Origin: an uncultured Gammaproteobacteria bacterium
GTDB lineage: Bacteria > Pseudomonadota > Gammaproteobacteria > Arenicellales > CAJQKF01
Assembly (NCBI GenBank): GCA_964350265.1
Contig: CAYGJZ010000002.1
Span: 41,007-105,006 of the forward strand
Direction of reading: 5' to 3'
Length of the DNA: 64,000 nucleotides
Shown here: one piece after another, positions 7,879 to 17,637 of the stretch
How the letters are laid out: every line of letters starts with the position of its first letter
How positions within the stretch are numbered: position 1 is the stretch's first letter
The notes under the pieces: model-generated
The model's database searches: none
Told to the model about the DNA's origin: nothing
Seen by the model: only the letters and a program-made list of their open reading frames with translations
Program-made: the position numbers and the translations under genes

Positions 7879-9294
7879 ATGACATCGCCGCAGGTACCGT
7901 ACTACTACGCCACGCTGGACTTCCAGGCACTGTGGCGGGACTATCCGCCGCCGCCGCGGGACGCCGATGTCGCGCGGGCATCGGCGGATGAAATCCGCGC
8001 CTTGCAGGAGCAACGTTTCGCCGAGCAGGTGGCCCGGGCCTGGACGATCCCTTTCTACCAGCGCCTGTGGGGCGAGGCAGGCATGCAGCCGGGGGATATC
8101 CGAGTACTCGACGATCTGTCGCGTTGCCCTTCGTTCACCGTCTCCGACCTGCGCGAAAGCATCGACCGGGCACCACCGTTCGGCGACTTCACCGGGGTCG
8201 ACCCGAAGAATGGCCCGCCCACGCCCTGGATCTTCCATACCAGCGGCGGAACCACCGGTTTGCCGCGTCCAATGCTGTACTCGCCAAAGGATCGCGAAGT
8301 CGTCAACATCCTGGGCGCCCGTCGCCTGCACATGGCGGGTATACGCGCGGGTGACATGGTGCAGGTGACTCACTCCCTGGGTCTGTCCAATGCCGGGATG
8401 TCCGCCGGGGAGTCTTTGTGGAAGTACTCCGGGGCAGTACCGGTCATGACCGGCAGTGGTTCATCGACGCCGTCACGGCGGCAGATCGAGCTTGCGAAGG
8501 CTTGGGGCAGCAACGCCTTGATCGGCTTCGCCGCCTACATGCGGCACCTGGCGCTGGTCTGTCGCGACGAGATGCGGATCGACCCGCGCGACCTTGGCAT
8601 CAAGTCCATATGTACACATCTCGGCACGGACGACCGTGCATCGCTGGAAGATCTCTGGAACGCGAAGGTGTACGACTCCTACGGTGCCAACGAGGCAGGC
8701 ATGATCGCCGCCGACTGCGAGGCGCGGAGCGGCATGCACGTGTTCGAGGATGCCCACTACGTGGAAGTGGTCGATCCGGTCTCGGGACAACCCGTACCCA
8801 CGGGTGCTGAAGGTACGGCGTTCATCACCAGCCTGTACAAGCATGCCGCACCGATGATCCGCTTCAACATCAACGACATTACCGCCATGGTTTCGGGAGA
8901 GTGTTCCTGTGGCAGCCGCCGGCGCAGGTTGCGCGGCATCCTCGGACGCAGCGACAACATGGTCAAGTTGCGCGGCGTCAATGTCTTTCCGGACGCCATC
9001 GGCGGCCTGATCCAGGACAACGACCGCATGACCGGCGACTACGTGTGCATCGTCGACACGGTGGCCGCAGGACGTGACGAGATGACCACCATGGTCGAGG
9101 CGTCTGGCAGCGAGGTCGACAGGGAAGCGCTGCGCGTGGATCTTGAGCAGCGGCTGCGCGAGGTCATCGGCGTGAAGATCGCGGTGGAAGTCGTGGACCG
9201 TGGCGCACTGGATCGCTACACCGGGTTGTCACAGACCTCCAAGGTCAAGCGCTTGATCGACAGGAGAAAGGACAAGCACCCGGGCACACACTAG
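7879..9294 (+). CDS. Phenylacetate-CoA ligase (PaaK)-family adenylate-forming enzyme
   Basis: The AMP-binding loop is HTSGGTTGLPRP. The overall layout is PaaK/F390-synthetase-like (LQEQRF..., YGANEAG, GRSDNMVKLRGVNVFP). Confidence 0.85.
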   Translation: MTSPQVPYYYATLDFQALWRDYPPPPRDADVARASADEIRALQEQRFAEQVARAWTIPFYQRLWGEAGMQPGDIRVLDDLSRCPSFTVSDLRESIDRAPPFGDFTGVDPKNGPPTPWIFHTSGGTTGLPRPMLYSPKDREVVNILGARRLHMAGIRAGDMVQVTHSLGLSNAGMSAGESLWKYSGAVPVMTGSGSSTPSRRQIELAKAWGSNALIGFAAYMRHLALVCRDEMRIDPRDLGIKSICTHLGTDDRASLEDLWNAKVYDSYGANEAGMIAADCEARSGMHVFEDAHYVEVVDPVSGQPVPTGAEGTAFITSLYKHAAPMIRFNINDITAMVSGECSCGSRRRRLRGILGRSDNMVKLRGVNVFPDAIGGLIQDNDRMTGDYVCIVDTVAAGRDEMTTMVEASGSEVDREALRVDLEQRLREVIGVKIAVEVVDRGALDRYTGLSQTSKVKRLIDRRKDKHPGTH

Positions 9295-9384
9295 CAGGTG
9301 AAGGTTTCCCGGTGCGCCGCAGGCCAGCGGTGTGAACAGGCTTGACATCGAACGCCGCATCGGCGGCAGCAACAGGAGAACGGT

Positions 9385-10176
9385 ATGGATCTGAAAATCC
9401 GGGACAAGGTGGCCATTGTCGGCGGCGCAAGCGGCGGCATCGGCTCGGCGATCGCCCACCAGTTGGGCAGCGAAGGTGCCCGTCTGGTGCTGTGGGCGCG
9501 CAAGGCAGAACCGCTGGAGCAGTCCGCCAGGGAGATTGCACAAGCCACCGGGGTCGAGGTGTTGACGGTGACCGGTGATATTCGCGAAGGCGAGGACCTT
9601 GAGCGGATCGTCGCGGCGACCATGGAGAAGTTCGGACAGGTGGATATCCTGGTCAACAACGACGGAGCACCGCGTCTTGGACCTCTGCTTACCTTTGACG
9701 ACGAGACCTGGGACAAGGCCATTCGCCAGATGCTGCTTTCCGTGGTGCGGTTGACGCGACTGTGCATTCCGTCGATGAAGGAGCGTGGGTGGGGTCGGGT
9801 GATCAACATCGGTGCGCTTGCGGGCAAGGCGCCCCAGGCGGGGTTTGGACTGTCCGCGGCCACCCTGGCGGGGATGATCGGCTACTGCAAGACGCTCTCG
9901 CGGGAGGTGGGGGCCGATGGCATTACCATCAACACGCTGTGTCCCGGCCGGGTGGATACCGCCCTGACCCGTCGTGCACTGAAGGCCCAGGCCGAGCACC
10001 GCAAGGCGTCGCTGGAGGACACCGTTGCCGAGGCAACCGCGCGCATCCCGGTGGGGCGGTTCGCACAGCCGGAGGAGATTGCCGCCGTGGTCGCCTTTCT
10101 TGCCTCTGAACAGGCTGCCTTCCTTACCGGTACCGCGTTGCAGGTTGACGGCGGCACGCTGGAAAGCATTGCCTGA
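9385..10176 (+). CDS. SDR-fold protein with intact dinucleotide-binding motif but degenerate catalytic tetrad
   Basis: GGASGGIG and NNDG are present. When aligned by eye to FabG-type SDRs, the Asn/Ser/Tyr/Lys positions read Met/Ala/Ser/Leu (IGALAGKAPQAGFGLSAATLAG). Confidence 0.85.
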   Translation: MDLKIRDKVAIVGGASGGIGSAIAHQLGSEGARLVLWARKAEPLEQSAREIAQATGVEVLTVTGDIREGEDLERIVAATMEKFGQVDILVNNDGAPRLGPLLTFDDETWDKAIRQMLLSVVRLTRLCIPSMKERGWGRVINIGALAGKAPQAGFGLSAATLAGMIGYCKTLSREVGADGITINTLCPGRVDTALTRRALKAQAEHRKASLEDTVAEATARIPVGRFAQPEEIAAVVAFLASEQAAFLTGTALQVDGGTLESIA

Positions 10177-10206
10177 ACCGTCGAACCCGACCACGGGAGA
10201 AATTCC

Positions 10207-11076
10207 ATGCCCATCTATGACCTCCATTCCCACTGGGGAACCCGGCGCGGCTACGCGCTGCGCTCGGAAAAAGAACTGGCGTTGCAGCGCAAGACCTGGA
10301 ACTCCGAGCCTGCCTATCACACCGAGGAGGAAATGGCTGCCTATTTTCGAGAAAGCGATGTGCGGGCCATTCTCGATTTCGGCTTCGACAAGTACCTGGA
10401 TCTCGAAGAAGCCGCCGAGTTGCACGACTACGGTATCGAGGTTCAACAAGCGTATCCGGATGTCATCATCGGCAACTGGATCCAGATCAATCCTCGCACG
10501 GGCAGCGCGGGTGTTCGAGAACTGCGACGGTGCAAGGACAAGGCCACCGGCTTCCTCGGCTTCGCGGCTTCTGGAAGTGGTGCGGGACCGGTCAGCGACG
10601 AAGTCTGGGCACCGTATTTCGAGTTCTGCGTCGAGGCGCAGATTCCGGTGCTCGTACTGGTGGGTACCACCGGCCTCGGTGCGGGTATGCCTGGCGGCAA
10701 CGGCATACTCATCGAGCACTGCCACCCGCGCTACCTCGACCAGGTCGCCGCCCGCTACCCGGACCTGACCATCGTTGCGGCGCGACCCGCCTGGCCCTGG
10801 CAGGCCGAGGCCATCGCGGTGATGCTGCACAAGCCGAATATCTGGTACGAGTTGCACGGGTGGTCGCCGAAGTATTTCACCCCGGACCTGAAGTACGAGA
10901 TCTCCCGCCGCCTGAAGAACCGCGTCATGTTCGGAGCCGATTACCCGTTGTTTACCTATGAACGGCTGCTGCGCGACTGGAAAGCGGAAGGATATGCCGA
11001 GGATGTCCTCGAGCGGGTGTTCACGCGCAATGCCGAGGCCTTCCTGGCCTCGATCCAGGGACGGGACCCGGCATAG
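10207..11076 (+). CDS. Amidohydrolase_2 (ACMSD-like) family metal-dependent hydrolase/decarboxylase
   Basis: An N-terminal HxH is present (IYDLHSHW), and the TIM-barrel amidohydrolase pattern continues to a C-terminal FGADYP. A GGGAGA Shine-Dalgarno lies upstream. Confidence 0.8.
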   Translation: MPIYDLHSHWGTRRGYALRSEKELALQRKTWNSEPAYHTEEEMAAYFRESDVRAILDFGFDKYLDLEEAAELHDYGIEVQQAYPDVIIGNWIQINPRTGSAGVRELRRCKDKATGFLGFAASGSGAGPVSDEVWAPYFEFCVEAQIPVLVLVGTTGLGAGMPGGNGILIEHCHPRYLDQVAARYPDLTIVAARPAWPWQAEAIAVMLHKPNIWYELHGWSPKYFTPDLKYEISRRLKNRVMFGADYPLFTYERLLRDWKAEGYAEDVLERVFTRNAEAFLASIQGRDPA

Positions 11077-11089
11077 ACCGCAGCGGTTG

Positions 11090-11120
11090 CCTCCCGATAC
11101 CGGGCCTGGGTACCGGGAGG
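11090..11120. terminator. Hairpin between convergent amidohydrolase and acuI genes
   Basis: The arms are CCTCCCGATACC and GGTACCGGGAGG (12 bp, one mismatch). A short T-run follows at 11131-11135. It is positioned to terminate both convergent genes. Confidence 0.45.
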
Positions 11121-11133
11121 TCGTCGTTCCGTT

Positions 11134-12126
11134 TTACTGCACCGCGACCACGGTACGGCCACGGATTTCCCCGGCGAGAATTCGCCGTCCCGCCTCGGGC
11201 ACGTCGGGCAGCCCGATGGTGTTCACCATGGAGTCCAGTCTAGCCATCGGCAGGTCGCTTGCCACGCGCTGCCAGGCCCGCGCCCGGGCGGCCGTCGGCT
11301 GCATCACCGAGTCGATGCCCAGCAGGTTGACGCCGCGCAGCAGGAAGGGAATGACCGTGGTGTTCAAGGAGCTGCCCCCGGCCAGTCCCACCGCCGCCAC
11401 TGAACCACCGTAGCGAATCTGGGTCAGGACGTGGGACAGCATGGTGCCGCCCACCGCATCCACGCAGCCAGCCCAGCGTTCCCGGTCCAGCGGCTTTGCA
11501 GGTGGTGAGGACAAGGCCTCGCGTTCAATGATCGTCGCGGCGCCGAGCGACCTCAGGTAGTCCGCGGTTTCCGCTCTGCCGGTGACCGCGGCAACTTGGT
11601 ACCCCAGGCTGGCGAGGATGGCGACCGCCACCGAGCCGACGCCGCCGGCCGCACCGGTAACCAGCACCTCGCCCTGGTCGGGCTCCAGACCGTGGTCTTC
11701 CAGCGCCATCACTGCCAGCATGGCAGTGAAGCCGGCCGTGCCTACCGCCATGGCCTGGCGAGCGGACAGGCCGGATGGTCGTGGCAACAGCCAGTCGCCC
11801 TTGACCCTGGCTCGCTCCGCGTAACCACCCCACCAGGTTTCTCCCACTCGCCAACCGGTCAGTAGCACCGGATCTCCAGCCTGGAACCGCTGGTCTTCCG
11901 AAACCACCACGGTGCCGGCCAGGTCAATGCCGGCAATGTGCGGATAGTTGCGTACCAGGCCACCCTTGCCGGACAAGCACAGCCCGTCCTTGTAGTTGAC
12001 GGTGGAGTATTCCACCGCAACCGTGACGCCTCCCTCCTGGGGCAGGGCGTGCTCGTTGATGGTCTCGACTGCGCTGGTGACCTTTCCCTGGTCGTTCTTC
12101 CGAGTGACGACGGCGTTGAATTCCAC
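11134..12126 (-). CDS. acuI: Acrylyl-CoA reductase / YhdH-family NADPH quinone oxidoreductase
   Basis: The product is colinear with E. coli YhdH as I remember it. Shared blocks include VNYKDGL, PHIAGIDLAGTV, LLTGWRVGETWWGGYAERARVKGDWL, GTAGFTAML, VTGAAGGVGS and GEIRGRTVV. Confidence 0.9.
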   Translation of the reverse strand: MEFNAVVTRKNDQGKVTSAVETINEHALPQEGGVTVAVEYSTVNYKDGLCLSGKGGLVRNYPHIAGIDLAGTVVVSEDQRFQAGDPVLLTGWRVGETWWGGYAERARVKGDWLLPRPSGLSARQAMAVGTAGFTAMLAVMALEDHGLEPDQGEVLVTGAAGGVGSVAVAILASLGYQVAAVTGRAETADYLRSLGAATIIEREALSSPPAKPLDRERWAGCVDAVGGTMLSHVLTQIRYGGSVAAVGLAGGSSLNTTVIPFLLRGVNLLGIDSVMQPTAARARAWQRVASDLPMARLDSMVNTIGLPDVPEAGRRILAGEIRGRTVVAVQ

Positions 12127-12259
12127 GTTGACCTCTTGCTGTGCAAATGATGGTTGATGGTGTGCCGCACCCAGTGACAGGCCATCCCAGGAGGCACGAC
12201 GTGCGGGATGCCTCGTTGAAACAGGTCACGAGGTGCTAAAGTGTCCAGAAGGTATAAAT

Positions 12260-12269
12260 TAACATGTTA
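12260..12269. promoter_or_regulatory. Exact palindrome TAACATGTTA (copy 1), upstream of acuI
   Basis: Read directly from the sequence. It lies 134 nt upstream of the acuI start on the minus strand. Confidence 0.55.
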
Positions 12270-12540
12270 GAGCATGGAGGATCGATACCCGCGATGCGGT
12301 TCGATGCCCTGGCTGCGCACTTGGCCCCACGTCCTGTCGACATTCTGCTAAGGCTTTCGGAGCCTGCGTATGGGATGCAAACCGCTGAAAAATCGTCGGT
12401 TATTGCGATATCCACGATGTAGAGCCGGCAATCCGCCGATTTTCCTGCCACAGGTCGTACGCACACGGCCAGTGGTCGATCCTGAAGACCAGGATACGTC
12501 GGGCTTGCAGATTTTCCTTGAAGTTCTAGAATAGCTTTCA

Positions 12541-12550
12541 TAACATGTTA
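12541..12550. promoter_or_regulatory. Exact palindrome TAACATGTTA (copy 2), upstream of the cupin-ABC operon
   Basis: Read directly from the sequence. It lies 43 nt upstream of ATG 12593. Confidence 0.55.
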
Positions 12551-12592
12551 ACTACATTGACCATCATCGAAACACAACGGGAAACCGCCACC

Positions 12593-13075
12593 ATGAGCAA
12601 GCCAACTGAACAGCAGACCTGGGGCGACAGGCTGGACGACGCGATCCAGGCGGCGTCGAGCGCGCGTCGGGAAGCACGCAAGGTGATTCGCTCGGAAGAG
12701 TTGCAATGGGAAGAGGACAAGATGGCCAAGAGCGCCTTGCTGGTGAGCGAGATGACCGGATTCTCGCTGCGCTCTATCCACGCATTTCTCGCCGAGATGC
12801 CACCTGCGGCATCCACCGGGAAACATCGTCACACCAGCGAAGCGCTGATGTACGCGTTGTCTGGCAGCGCCTACACCATCATCGACGGAGAGCGGATCGA
12901 CTGGAAGGCGGGAGATGCCATTGCCATCCCGGTGATGGCCTGGCATCAGCACTTCAATGCCAGCGACACCGAGCCGTTTCGCTACCTTGCCGCGAGCAAC
13001 TACCCGATGACGGTAAATCTCGGCGTGGAACTGATCGAGCACGCTGAATCGCGCAGCGATCTCGACGACAACTGA
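12593..13075 (+). CDS. Monocupin, gentisate-1,2-dioxygenase-like metal site
   Basis: The cupin motifs are GKHRHTSEALMYALSG and IPVMAWHQHFN. I chose ATG 12593 as the start. The ORF-track start at 12545 lies inside the palindrome. Confidence 0.7.
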   Translation: MSKPTEQQTWGDRLDDAIQAASSARREARKVIRSEELQWEEDKMAKSALLVSEMTGFSLRSIHAFLAEMPPAASTGKHRHTSEALMYALSGSAYTIIDGERIDWKAGDAIAIPVMAWHQHFNASDTEPFRYLAASNYPMTVNLGVELIEHAESRSDLDDN

Positions 13076-13094
13076 GCATGCGGGGAAGGCAGCG

Positions 13095-14192
13095 TTGATC
13101 ACCCTGACAAACATCAAGAAAACGTACCGTGGTACCCAGGCTCCCGCCGTGGACGGACTTTCGCTGACGGTAGAGGAGGGGCAACTGGTCACGTTGCTGG
13201 GTTCCAGTGGTTGCGGCAAGACCACCACCCTGCGTTGTCTTGCCGGGCTGGAAGAGCCTGATGCCGGAGAGATCGCCATCGACGGGGAGGTGGTGTACTC
13301 CAGCGAACGCGGCATCAACCTGCCTGCGAGCCGCAGACGACTTGGCATGGTGTTTCAAAGCTATGCCATCTGGCCGCACATGACGGTGTTCGAAAACGTC
13401 GCCTTTCCCTTGCGCTGCGAGAACAAGTCTCAAGACGAAATTGCAGAAGCCGTCGACTGGGCCCTGTCCCTGGTCAACCTGGAAGAATATGCACAACGTC
13501 GTGCGCCATTGCTTTCCGGTGGGCAGCAACAGCGGGTTGCCCTGGCCAGGGCGATCGTCAACCGTCCCCGGGTGTTGCTGCTTGACGAACCCTTGAGCAA
13601 CCTCGATGCCAAGCTGCGTGACCAGATGCGACTGGAACTGCGCCAGTTGCTCAAGGGCCTGAAGATTACCGCCGTGTACGTGACCCACGACCAGGACGAG
13701 GCCTACTCCCTGTCCGATGTGACTGCACTGATGAACGGTGGGCGCATTGTCGAGTACGGGCTGCCCATCGACATCTACAACCAGCCAAGAACAACTTTCG
13801 GCGCCGAGTTCCTCGGATTGTTCAGCCGGTTCCCGGGCACGGTTGTCGGAATGTCGTCGGAGAACCAGGCAAGGGTGCAATCCCCGCTCGGGGAAATCCT
13901 GTGCCACAGCCATGTCTCGCAGGCGGCGGGAACCGACGTCACCGTCTACCTGCGTCCGGAGGAAGTGGAAGTACTGGTGTCGTCCAGCGAACCCGGATTT
14001 GACGTGGACGTCACGGAAATCATTCGCCTTGGCAGCATCGTCGAATGGTGGGGGCAAGTCGGCGGAATCCAGGTGCGCGGAAGGATGTTGGCGGGGGCAC
14101 CAGGTGCCGCTCGCCTGCACGAGAGCGGAGTGGGGGGGCGATTGCGGGCGCACGTGTTGTCCGCACGATGCCTTCCCACGGATGCGGAATAA
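13095..14192 (+). CDS. ABC transporter ATP-binding protein (PotA/FbpC-like, with C-terminal regulatory domain)
   Basis: Walker A is GSSGCGKTT, the signature is LSGGQQQRVALA and Walker B is LLLDEP. The start is TTG, preceded by GGGGAAGG. Confidence 0.9.
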   Translation: MITLTNIKKTYRGTQAPAVDGLSLTVEEGQLVTLLGSSGCGKTTTLRCLAGLEEPDAGEIAIDGEVVYSSERGINLPASRRRLGMVFQSYAIWPHMTVFENVAFPLRCENKSQDEIAEAVDWALSLVNLEEYAQRRAPLLSGGQQQRVALARAIVNRPRVLLLDEPLSNLDAKLRDQMRLELRQLLKGLKITAVYVTHDQDEAYSLSDVTALMNGGRIVEYGLPIDIYNQPRTTFGAEFLGLFSRFPGTVVGMSSENQARVQSPLGEILCHSHVSQAAGTDVTVYLRPEEVEVLVSSSEPGFDVDVTEIIRLGSIVEWWGQVGGIQVRGRMLAGAPGAARLHESGVGGRLRAHVLSARCLPTDAE

Positions 14193-14215
14193 GCCAAACC
14201 AACGAGGAGCATGAC

Positions 14216-15322
14216 ATGACCGATCGAGGATTCTACAAGCAACGCAAGCCCCTGTGCCGGCTGGCTGGTGCCGCGTTGGCCGGTGCCATTGCGCTGGGGT
14301 TGTCCACCCCGGCTGCCGCGGAAGGCGACGTGCAGGCGACACTGGATGCCCTCGCCGGGATGGGGGGAGAAGAGCGTCTCGCCTTTCTCGAGGCCGAGGC
14401 GAACAAGGAAGGAAAGATCGTGGTGTACGCCGCGGATGATCCCAACGTGATGAAGGCCTGGGCAGATGCATTCGGCGAGAAGTACCCCGGTATCGAGGTG
14501 ATCTACCAGCGCATGAACACCCGCGACATGATCAGTCGCGTAGTGGCGGAAGTGGAGGCGGGCCGTCCTGTTGCTTCATTGCTCGGTGGTGTCACCGCGA
14601 CTGAGTTGGCGACGTTGAAGGAGAAGGGCTTGTTGGCCAGCTACCACTCTCCGGAAGCCGAGAGTTTCGATGCGCAGTTCAAGGATGAGAACGGCTACTG
14701 GACCGCACATTGGTTCGCGCCGGAGATCGTTGGCGTCAACGTCAACCAGTTGAAGAAGGAGGATGCACCGATCACCGTAGAAGACCTTGCCAACTCCGGC
14801 CTGGAGCGAAAACTGGGACGACGCAGTTCCGGGGGCCGCTGGCTGGCGGGTGTCGCCCACGTGCTCGGCGAGGAGAAGGCGCTCGAACTGGCGTCGCGTA
14901 TTGCCGATCTGAACCCGTTGCTGTTCAGCAGCACCAGCGCATTGACCAATGCGTTGACCAGCGGACAGATCTCGGTGGCCTTTGACATTCACGCAGGCAA
15001 TATCGGTATCGCCAAGGAGCGCGGCGCGCCGGTGGACTACGTGGTGCCCGAGCCGTTGTTCCTGCTTCCGGCCTACACGGTGTTCCTGAAGTCCGCGCCG
15101 CATCCCCATGCCGCGGCATTGAACTACGACTGGAGGCTGGCGAAGGATGGAGGCCAGGGAATGTACAAGGACTACCACCAGAATGGTCCGCGCCCGGATA
15201 CCGAGTATGCCTACATGGACATCATGAACGGCGCCAAGACGACGATCACCCTGAACCAGGACGTGCTCACGGAGATCCGCAAGTACGACGAGAAGTTCAA
15301 GGAAATGTTCGTCAAGGAATAA
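14216..15322 (+). CDS. Periplasmic substrate-binding protein (family-1, iron(III)/polyamine-type)
   Basis: A signal peptide is present (LAGAALAGAIALGLSTPAAAEG). An AGGAG Shine-Dalgarno lies 6 nt upstream of ATG 14216. The gene sits between the ATPase and permease genes. Confidence 0.8.
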   Translation: MTDRGFYKQRKPLCRLAGAALAGAIALGLSTPAAAEGDVQATLDALAGMGGEERLAFLEAEANKEGKIVVYAADDPNVMKAWADAFGEKYPGIEVIYQRMNTRDMISRVVAEVEAGRPVASLLGGVTATELATLKEKGLLASYHSPEAESFDAQFKDENGYWTAHWFAPEIVGVNVNQLKKEDAPITVEDLANSGLERKLGRRSSGGRWLAGVAHVLGEEKALELASRIADLNPLLFSSTSALTNALTSGQISVAFDIHAGNIGIAKERGAPVDYVVPEPLFLLPAYTVFLKSAPHPHAAALNYDWRLAKDGGQGMYKDYHQNGPRPDTEYAYMDIMNGAKTTITLNQDVLTEIRKYDEKFKEMFVKE

Positions 15323-15350
15323 CGGCAGGAACACTGGGCCAAGATCAGCA

Positions 15351-17081
15351 ATGAATACCGCACAACAGCCCTCGAGCAGTCGCGTACGTTGGTGGACGCG
15401 CATTGATCCCTGGCGTGACGGCACGACACTGTTGTGCGGTTTCCTGCTCATCTACCTGGTCGGTGTGCCGCTGGTTCTGCTGTTCTACGGCTCGGCGGCC
15501 ACCGGCGTCCCTGGTGAGGCCGGTGCGCTGAGTCTTTCCCGCTACTACGAGGTCCTGTCCGACCCGGATACCTACCGCTTGCTTGGTCGGTCGGTGGTCT
15601 ACGCCCTGGGTGTAGCCGCGGTGGCCCTGCCGCTGGGTGGCGTCACGGCCTGGTTGGTGCAGCGAACCAACCTGCCCGGCAAGGGAATTTTCGTGTTTCT
15701 TGCGCTGTGCCCGGCCTTCATGCCGCCGGTGTTGATCGCGCTGGGCTGGATACTGCTGCTGGACGGCAATATTGGACTCGTCAGTCGTTTCCTGCAGTCG
15801 ATGCTGGGTGCCGACGAACCCTTGCTGCAGGTGCACTCCCTGTACGGAATGATCTGGATCGGCGGCGTGCTCGACATGCCGCTGGCCTTTCTGTGGCTGT
15901 GGCCCGCCTTCGCGGCCATGGATCCCGCGCTCGAGGAAGCGGGAGCCATGGCCGGCGGGAGGCCCTGGCGAGTGCTGCGCAAGGTCACGCTTCCCCTGAT
16001 CTGGCCGGCCATTGCCGGTGCATTCCTGATCAGCTTTGTCCTTGCCATAGAAGACGTCACCGTACCGATCCTGGTCGGACTGCCGGGTCAGGTGCATGTC
16101 TTTGCCACGGACATCTACCTGGCCCATGCCCAGGAAACCCCGGATACCGCGCGTGCCAGTGCGCAGGGTGTCATCCTCTTGCTGGTCACCATCGGCTTCG
16201 TCTGGCTGTACCGCCACCTGACCCGCAAGTCTGAACGGTATGCCATCGTGCGTGGGCGTGGCTACCGACCGTCCGAAGTGTCTCTGGGTGTTTGGCGGTT
16301 GCCGGTGTTTGCGTTGATGTGCGCGGTCTTTGGTTTTGTCGTGTTGCTGCCACTGGTGATCCTGTTGTGGACTTCGCTCAGTCCCTATCTACAGGCGCCG
16401 ACGCTGGATGGCCTGACAAACCTCTCGCTGTACTGGTACCGCAGCCTGATTGATGACCCGATGGCCATTCGTGGATTGGTCAACAGCGCCCTGTCCGGGT
16501 TCGGCGCGGCGGTGGTGGTGATGGGCCTGTCGGTAATCGTTGGTTGGGCGGTCATTCGCTCGAAGAATCGCATCTGGGGCTTTCTCGACGTGCTCGCCTT
16601 CCTGCCGGTGGCGATTCCTGGACTGGTGGTCGGCCTTGGCCTGATCTGGCTGTACGTGCCGGTGGCGCTGCCGATCTACGGCACCCTGGTCATCATCTGG
16701 CTTGCCTACATCACCAAGTTCATTCCCTACGGTGCGCGACTGATCTACGCCGGCCTGCGCCAGTTGCACCCGGAACTGGAGGAGGCTGCGCATGTATCCG
16801 GGGCGAGCTGGGGCAAGACCTTGCGCAGAATCATCCTGCCGTTGCTCGCGCCGACGCTGGCAGCGGGCATCCTGTACTCCACCATGCGGGCGTTTCGGGA
16901 GCTGCCGGCATCGCTGTTGCTGGTGTCCTACGGCAACGAGACCTATTCGGTCATCGCCTATGAAATGTGGTCGGCCGGTGATCCCGGGCGTACCGCGGCC
17001 TACGGCATGGTGGTGATCGTAGTGATGACGACGATCGTCGCAATTACCTGGAGGACTGTGCGCAAATGGGCATTCCGATGA
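15351..17081 (+). CDS. ABC transporter permease, duplicated (two-module) FbpB/ThiP-type
   Basis: The 576-aa product is hydrophobic and contains two binding-protein-dependent transport modules. Confidence 0.85.
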   Translation: MNTAQQPSSSRVRWWTRIDPWRDGTTLLCGFLLIYLVGVPLVLLFYGSAATGVPGEAGALSLSRYYEVLSDPDTYRLLGRSVVYALGVAAVALPLGGVTAWLVQRTNLPGKGIFVFLALCPAFMPPVLIALGWILLLDGNIGLVSRFLQSMLGADEPLLQVHSLYGMIWIGGVLDMPLAFLWLWPAFAAMDPALEEAGAMAGGRPWRVLRKVTLPLIWPAIAGAFLISFVLAIEDVTVPILVGLPGQVHVFATDIYLAHAQETPDTARASAQGVILLLVTIGFVWLYRHLTRKSERYAIVRGRGYRPSEVSLGVWRLPVFALMCAVFGFVVLLPLVILLWTSLSPYLQAPTLDGLTNLSLYWYRSLIDDPMAIRGLVNSALSGFGAAVVVMGLSVIVGWAVIRSKNRIWGFLDVLAFLPVAIPGLVVGLGLIWLYVPVALPIYGTLVIIWLAYITKFIPYGARLIYAGLRQLHPELEEAAHVSGASWGKTLRRIILPLLAPTLAAGILYSTMRAFRELPASLLLVSYGNETYSVIAYEMWSAGDPGRTAAYGMVVIVVMTTIVAITWRTVRKWAFR

Positions 17082-17614
17082 GTAAAGACACCTTCAGCGA
17101 CGCCGACGCACTGCCGGATTCGCTGCCGGCGCCGGACCAGCGAGAACTGCGCAATGCCTTTGGCCGATTCGCCACCGGTGTGTGCGTGGTGACCACGCGC
17201 GACGCGGACGGTGCACCGGTTGGGGTGACCGTGAATTCGTTCAGCGCGCTGTCGCTGTCGCCGCCCCTGGTGTTGTGGTGCCTCGCCGAAACGGCGCTGT
17301 CTCGTGCCGCCTTCGAGCAGGCTGAGCGCTTCGCGGTAAACGTGCTCAGTGCCCACCAGCACGAGGTGTCGAAGAACTTCGCAACCTCGCGTGCGGACAA
17401 GTTCCGCAACCAGGTCTGGACGCCGGGCCTGGGCGATGTGCCGTTGCTGGGGGGAACCCTGGCACGGTTCGAGTGTCGTCGTTCTTCGCTGTTGGCAAAG
17501 GGGGATCACCTGTTGTTCGTTGGCCGGGTGGAGCGGTTTTCCTACGACGATGGCAATCCCTTGTTGTTCAGCGCCGGGCAGTACGGCGAGATGGCACGGG
17601 CATTGAGCGAATGA
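17066..17614 (+). CDS. Flavin reductase (HpaC/RutF-like)
   Basis: Characteristic blocks are FRNAFGRFATGVCVVTT, VNSFSALSLSPPLVLWC and GDHLLFVGRV. The gene overlaps the permease stop. A GGAGGA lies 9 nt upstream. Confidence 0.85.
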   Translation: MGIPMSKDTFSDADALPDSLPAPDQRELRNAFGRFATGVCVVTTRDADGAPVGVTVNSFSALSLSPPLVLWCLAETALSRAAFEQAERFAVNVLSAHQHEVSKNFATSRADKFRNQVWTPGLGDVPLLGGTLARFECRRSSLLAKGDHLLFVGRVERFSYDDGNPLLFSAGQYGEMARALSE

Positions 17615-17637
17615 TGTCGGTTTGCCGCGCGCGGGAA

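Noticed and set aside
12236-12541. 101-codon minus-strand ORF filling the acuI/cupin intergenic region.
   Set aside because: Its ATG lies immediately upstream of, and overlaps by one base, the 12541 palindrome on the minus strand, and it reads through the other palindrome. Its codon third positions are atypically AT-rich for this genome. It has no Shine-Dalgarno and no recognisable family. The region is kept as an observation only.
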